From the NCBI GenBank assembly GCA_965226885.1, contig CBDDEL010000015.1:678830-742829 (forward strand): DNA of 64,000 bases, in the 5' to 3' direction. Under the pieces are notes generated by a model, which was not told the DNA's origin, searched no databases, and worked only from the letters and a program-made list of their open reading frames with translations. Of the stretch, positions 61,971 through 64,000 are shown piece after piece. Every line of letters begins with the position of its first letter. The stretch's first letter is position 1. This DNA is from Opitutales bacterium (GTDB taxonomy: Bacteria > Verrucomicrobiota > Verrucomicrobiia > Opitutales > UBA2987). A program made the translations under genes and the position numbers.

Positions 61971-63265
61971 AATCCGAAAAATCTCGGCAGCCAGAGGCTT
62001 AGCCAGGAAAACTTGGTAACCAGGATAAGCGCCAATATCATGCCGCCGTAAAGCGGCAGCAGGGGCCGGATGACCTCGCCAATGGTGGTCCCGCTGACGC
62101 TGCAACCGACAAAAAGAACCGTCCCCACCGGCGGGGTGCACAGCCCGATGCTCAGGTTCATAACCATGATAATGCCGAAATGCACCGGGTCGATGCCCAG
62201 TTCCGTCACCACCGGCAAAAATATGGGCGTAAATATGAGAACGGCCGGGGCCATATCCATAAAAATCCCTACGGTGAGAAGGAGAACATTGATAAGCAGT
62301 AGGACCATCAGCGGGTTTTCCGTCAGCGATAGCAAAATCGCCGTCACATGATGGGGAATGTTCTCATAAGCCATGATCCACGACATGGCCATTGAGGCCC
62401 CCACCAAAAGCATGACAATCGAGGTCGTGGCGGCAGCCCGCAGCAATATTTGAGGCAACTCGGAAATACGAACCTCCCGGTATATAAAAACGGAAAGAAT
62501 AAACGTATAGAGCACCGCCACGGCAGCCGCCTCCGTCGCCGTAAAGATACCCGCCACGATGCCCCCGATGACGACAATGAGCAAAAAAAGACTGGGCAGT
62601 GCCCGGATAAAACAGCGAATCGTGGTTTTCAGCGGCAAAAACCTGCTCCGTGGGTATTTCCCACGATAGGCCAGTATGCCGGACACCACCATGAGGGAAA
62701 GACCAATCAGGATCCCCGGTAGGTAGCCGGCCAGGAAAAGGGCCGTTATGGACAGCCCACCGGCGGCCAGGGAATAGAGGATCAGTATGTTGCTCGGCGG
62801 AATAATCAAACCGGTGGTGGCGGCCGTCAGATTGACCGCGGCGGAAAAGTTTTTATCATACCCCTCCGCCACCATGCGCGGGCCCATCACGCTGCCTATG
62901 GCCGAGGCGGCCGCCGTCGCCGATCCGGAGATGGAACCGAATAGCATCGAAGCGAGAATATTGACATATGCCAGGCCGCCCGGGAAAGCCCCCAGCAGGG
63001 CTTTGGCAAACTCGACCAATCGCGCCGCAATGCCGCCCCGGTTCATCAATTCCCCGGCGAGGACGAAAAACGGAATGGCCAGCAGGGCAAAACTATCGAT
63101 CCCGGTCGCCATGACCTGGGCCACGGTGGTCAAAGAGGCCAACGGCGCAATGCTGGTCAGCATGGTCGCCACCGTGGCCAGCCCAATGCAAAAAGAGATG
63201 GGCACCCCCAACCCGACCAATAGAAAAAAGGTCAGGGCCAACACAACTATGGGAAACCAATCCAT
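61967..63265 (-). CDS. dctM: TRAP large permease, duplicate copy
   Basis: Identical to 43780..45078. Confidence 0.92.
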   Translation of the reverse strand: MDWFPIVVLALTFFLLVGLGVPISFCIGLATVATMLTSIAPLASLTTVAQVMATGIDSFALLAIPFFVLAGELMNRGGIAARLVEFAKALLGAFPGGLAYVNILASMLFGSISGSATAAASAIGSVMGPRMVAEGYDKNFSAAVNLTAATTGLIIPPSNILILYSLAAGGLSITALFLAGYLPGILIGLSLMVVSGILAYRGKYPRSRFLPLKTTIRCFIRALPSLFLLIVVIGGIVAGIFTATEAAAVAVLYTFILSVFIYREVRISELPQILLRAAATTSIVMLLVGASMAMSWIMAYENIPHHVTAILLSLTENPLMVLLLINVLLLTVGIFMDMAPAVLIFTPIFLPVVTELGIDPVHFGIIMVMNLSIGLCTPPVGTVLFVGCSVSGTTIGEVIRPLLPLYGGMILALILVTKFSWLSLWLPRFFGF

Positions 63266-63286
63266 ATTTCAGTATTTCCTAATTAA

Positions 63287-63832
63287 TTACTCGAATGAGA
63301 CGGCGGATGATTTTTCCTGCTCCCCCATTTCCTCTTTACCCTTCGGCGATGAACGAGCGGTCTCCACCAGGGATAAACAGCAATAATGGACCATGATGAG
63401 GCCGCTCAGTGGAACCACCGCATAGACCCAGCCCAAGGGCAATCGCATGGCCGCCGACACCTGTTCGAGATGGAATGATATGTAAACCAGCCGCCCCCCT
63501 CCGACCACCAGGCCGAACAGGGCAAAGGTCAAAATGGCAACGTCGATGAAGATCAGCAGCGCCTTCTTTTTCAATCCGGCCAGGCGGGCCGGCAATAGGT
63601 CAACTCCAAGATGGATTTTTTGCCCCACACCGTAACTGGCCCCCAGCAGGGACACCCAAACGAGCAAAAACCTGGCCAGTTCCTCCGTAAAGGTGCTCGA
63701 ATCGCGCAGGACGTAACGCGAGAAAACCTGCCACAAGACGTCGATCACGAGCACGGCCATAACCACGCTGAGCATCCCTTCCAGCGCCTTGTCGGTGGCC
63801 TTTTTTACGGAAGCTGGATCGGTTATGCTCAT
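63287..63832 (-). CDS. dctQ: TRAP small permease, duplicate copy
   Basis: Identical to 45100..45645. Confidence 0.9.
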   Translation of the reverse strand: MSITDPASVKKATDKALEGMLSVVMAVLVIDVLWQVFSRYVLRDSSTFTEELARFLLVWVSLLGASYGVGQKIHLGVDLLPARLAGLKKKALLIFIDVAILTFALFGLVVGGGRLVYISFHLEQVSAAMRLPLGWVYAVVPLSGLIMVHYCCLSLVETARSSPKGKEEMGEQEKSSAVSFE

Positions 63833-64000
63833 TCCGTGTCCTGGATCTGTGTGATTAAAGAGGATAATTCGGGCCGTTTCATATAATCTTCGTAAATAGG
63901 CCGCACTTTTTCCCGAAAGAGCGTCTTGTCCGGAATTATGATCTCCACCCCGGCCTGGCGCACGGCCTCCAGCGCTTCCTCGCTCGCTTGCTGCCAAATC
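63829..64000 (-). CDS. dctP: 3' end of the dctP duplicate, cut by the window edge
   Basis: Matches 45642..45813. Confidence 0.85.
   Translation of the reverse strand, partial: IWQQASEEALEAVRQAGVEIIIPDKTLFREKVRPIYEDYMKRPELSSLITQIQDTE

Larger units (their letters stand above)
54977..64000 (+). repeat. Copy B of the direct duplication (runs off the window)
   Basis: Matches 36790..45813. Confidence 0.95.

Overview
This is a bacterial chromosomal window, probably from Verrucomicrobiota/Opitutales (inferred from the style of the secreted proteins, not confirmed). It has four parts. (1) 1-11.8 kb holds housekeeping genes (M3 oligopeptidase, YugP-like protease, inositol monophosphatase, nadB, dapL, tartrate/isopropylmalate dehydrogenase) and an AT-rich islet with an orphan DNA methyltransferase. 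(2) 12-25 kb is a type II restriction-modification locus. Its endonuclease gene can be rebuilt into a 295-aa ORF after removing three IS insertions (two with nested ISs) and a 13-bp duplication, while the convergent HTH-methyltransferase is intact. (3) 25-31 kb has feoAB with a small Cys-rich gene, an HTH regulator and an IS-split enoyl-CoA hydratase. (4) 31-64 kb holds a TonB-dependent transporter, secreted lamin-tail (LTD)/Ig-repeat proteins and an ExeM-like nuclease, followed by a TRAP transporter, a nitroreductase and tRNA-Ser. A duplicate of at least 9 kb covers the 1223-aa gene, the nuclease and the TRAP genes. Three features stand out. The same LTD module appears in two different circular permutations inserted into the same Ig-domain loop of neighbouring proteins. 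A ~110-aa aromatic C-terminal domain is shared by three secreted proteins (candidate sorting or anchoring signal). The cluster looks like an extracellular-DNA utilisation locus. Ten IS copies of six types make up about 15.4 kb (~24%). The 46.4-49.6 kb region shows signs of consensus or assembly error, so duplications there need read-level confirmation.
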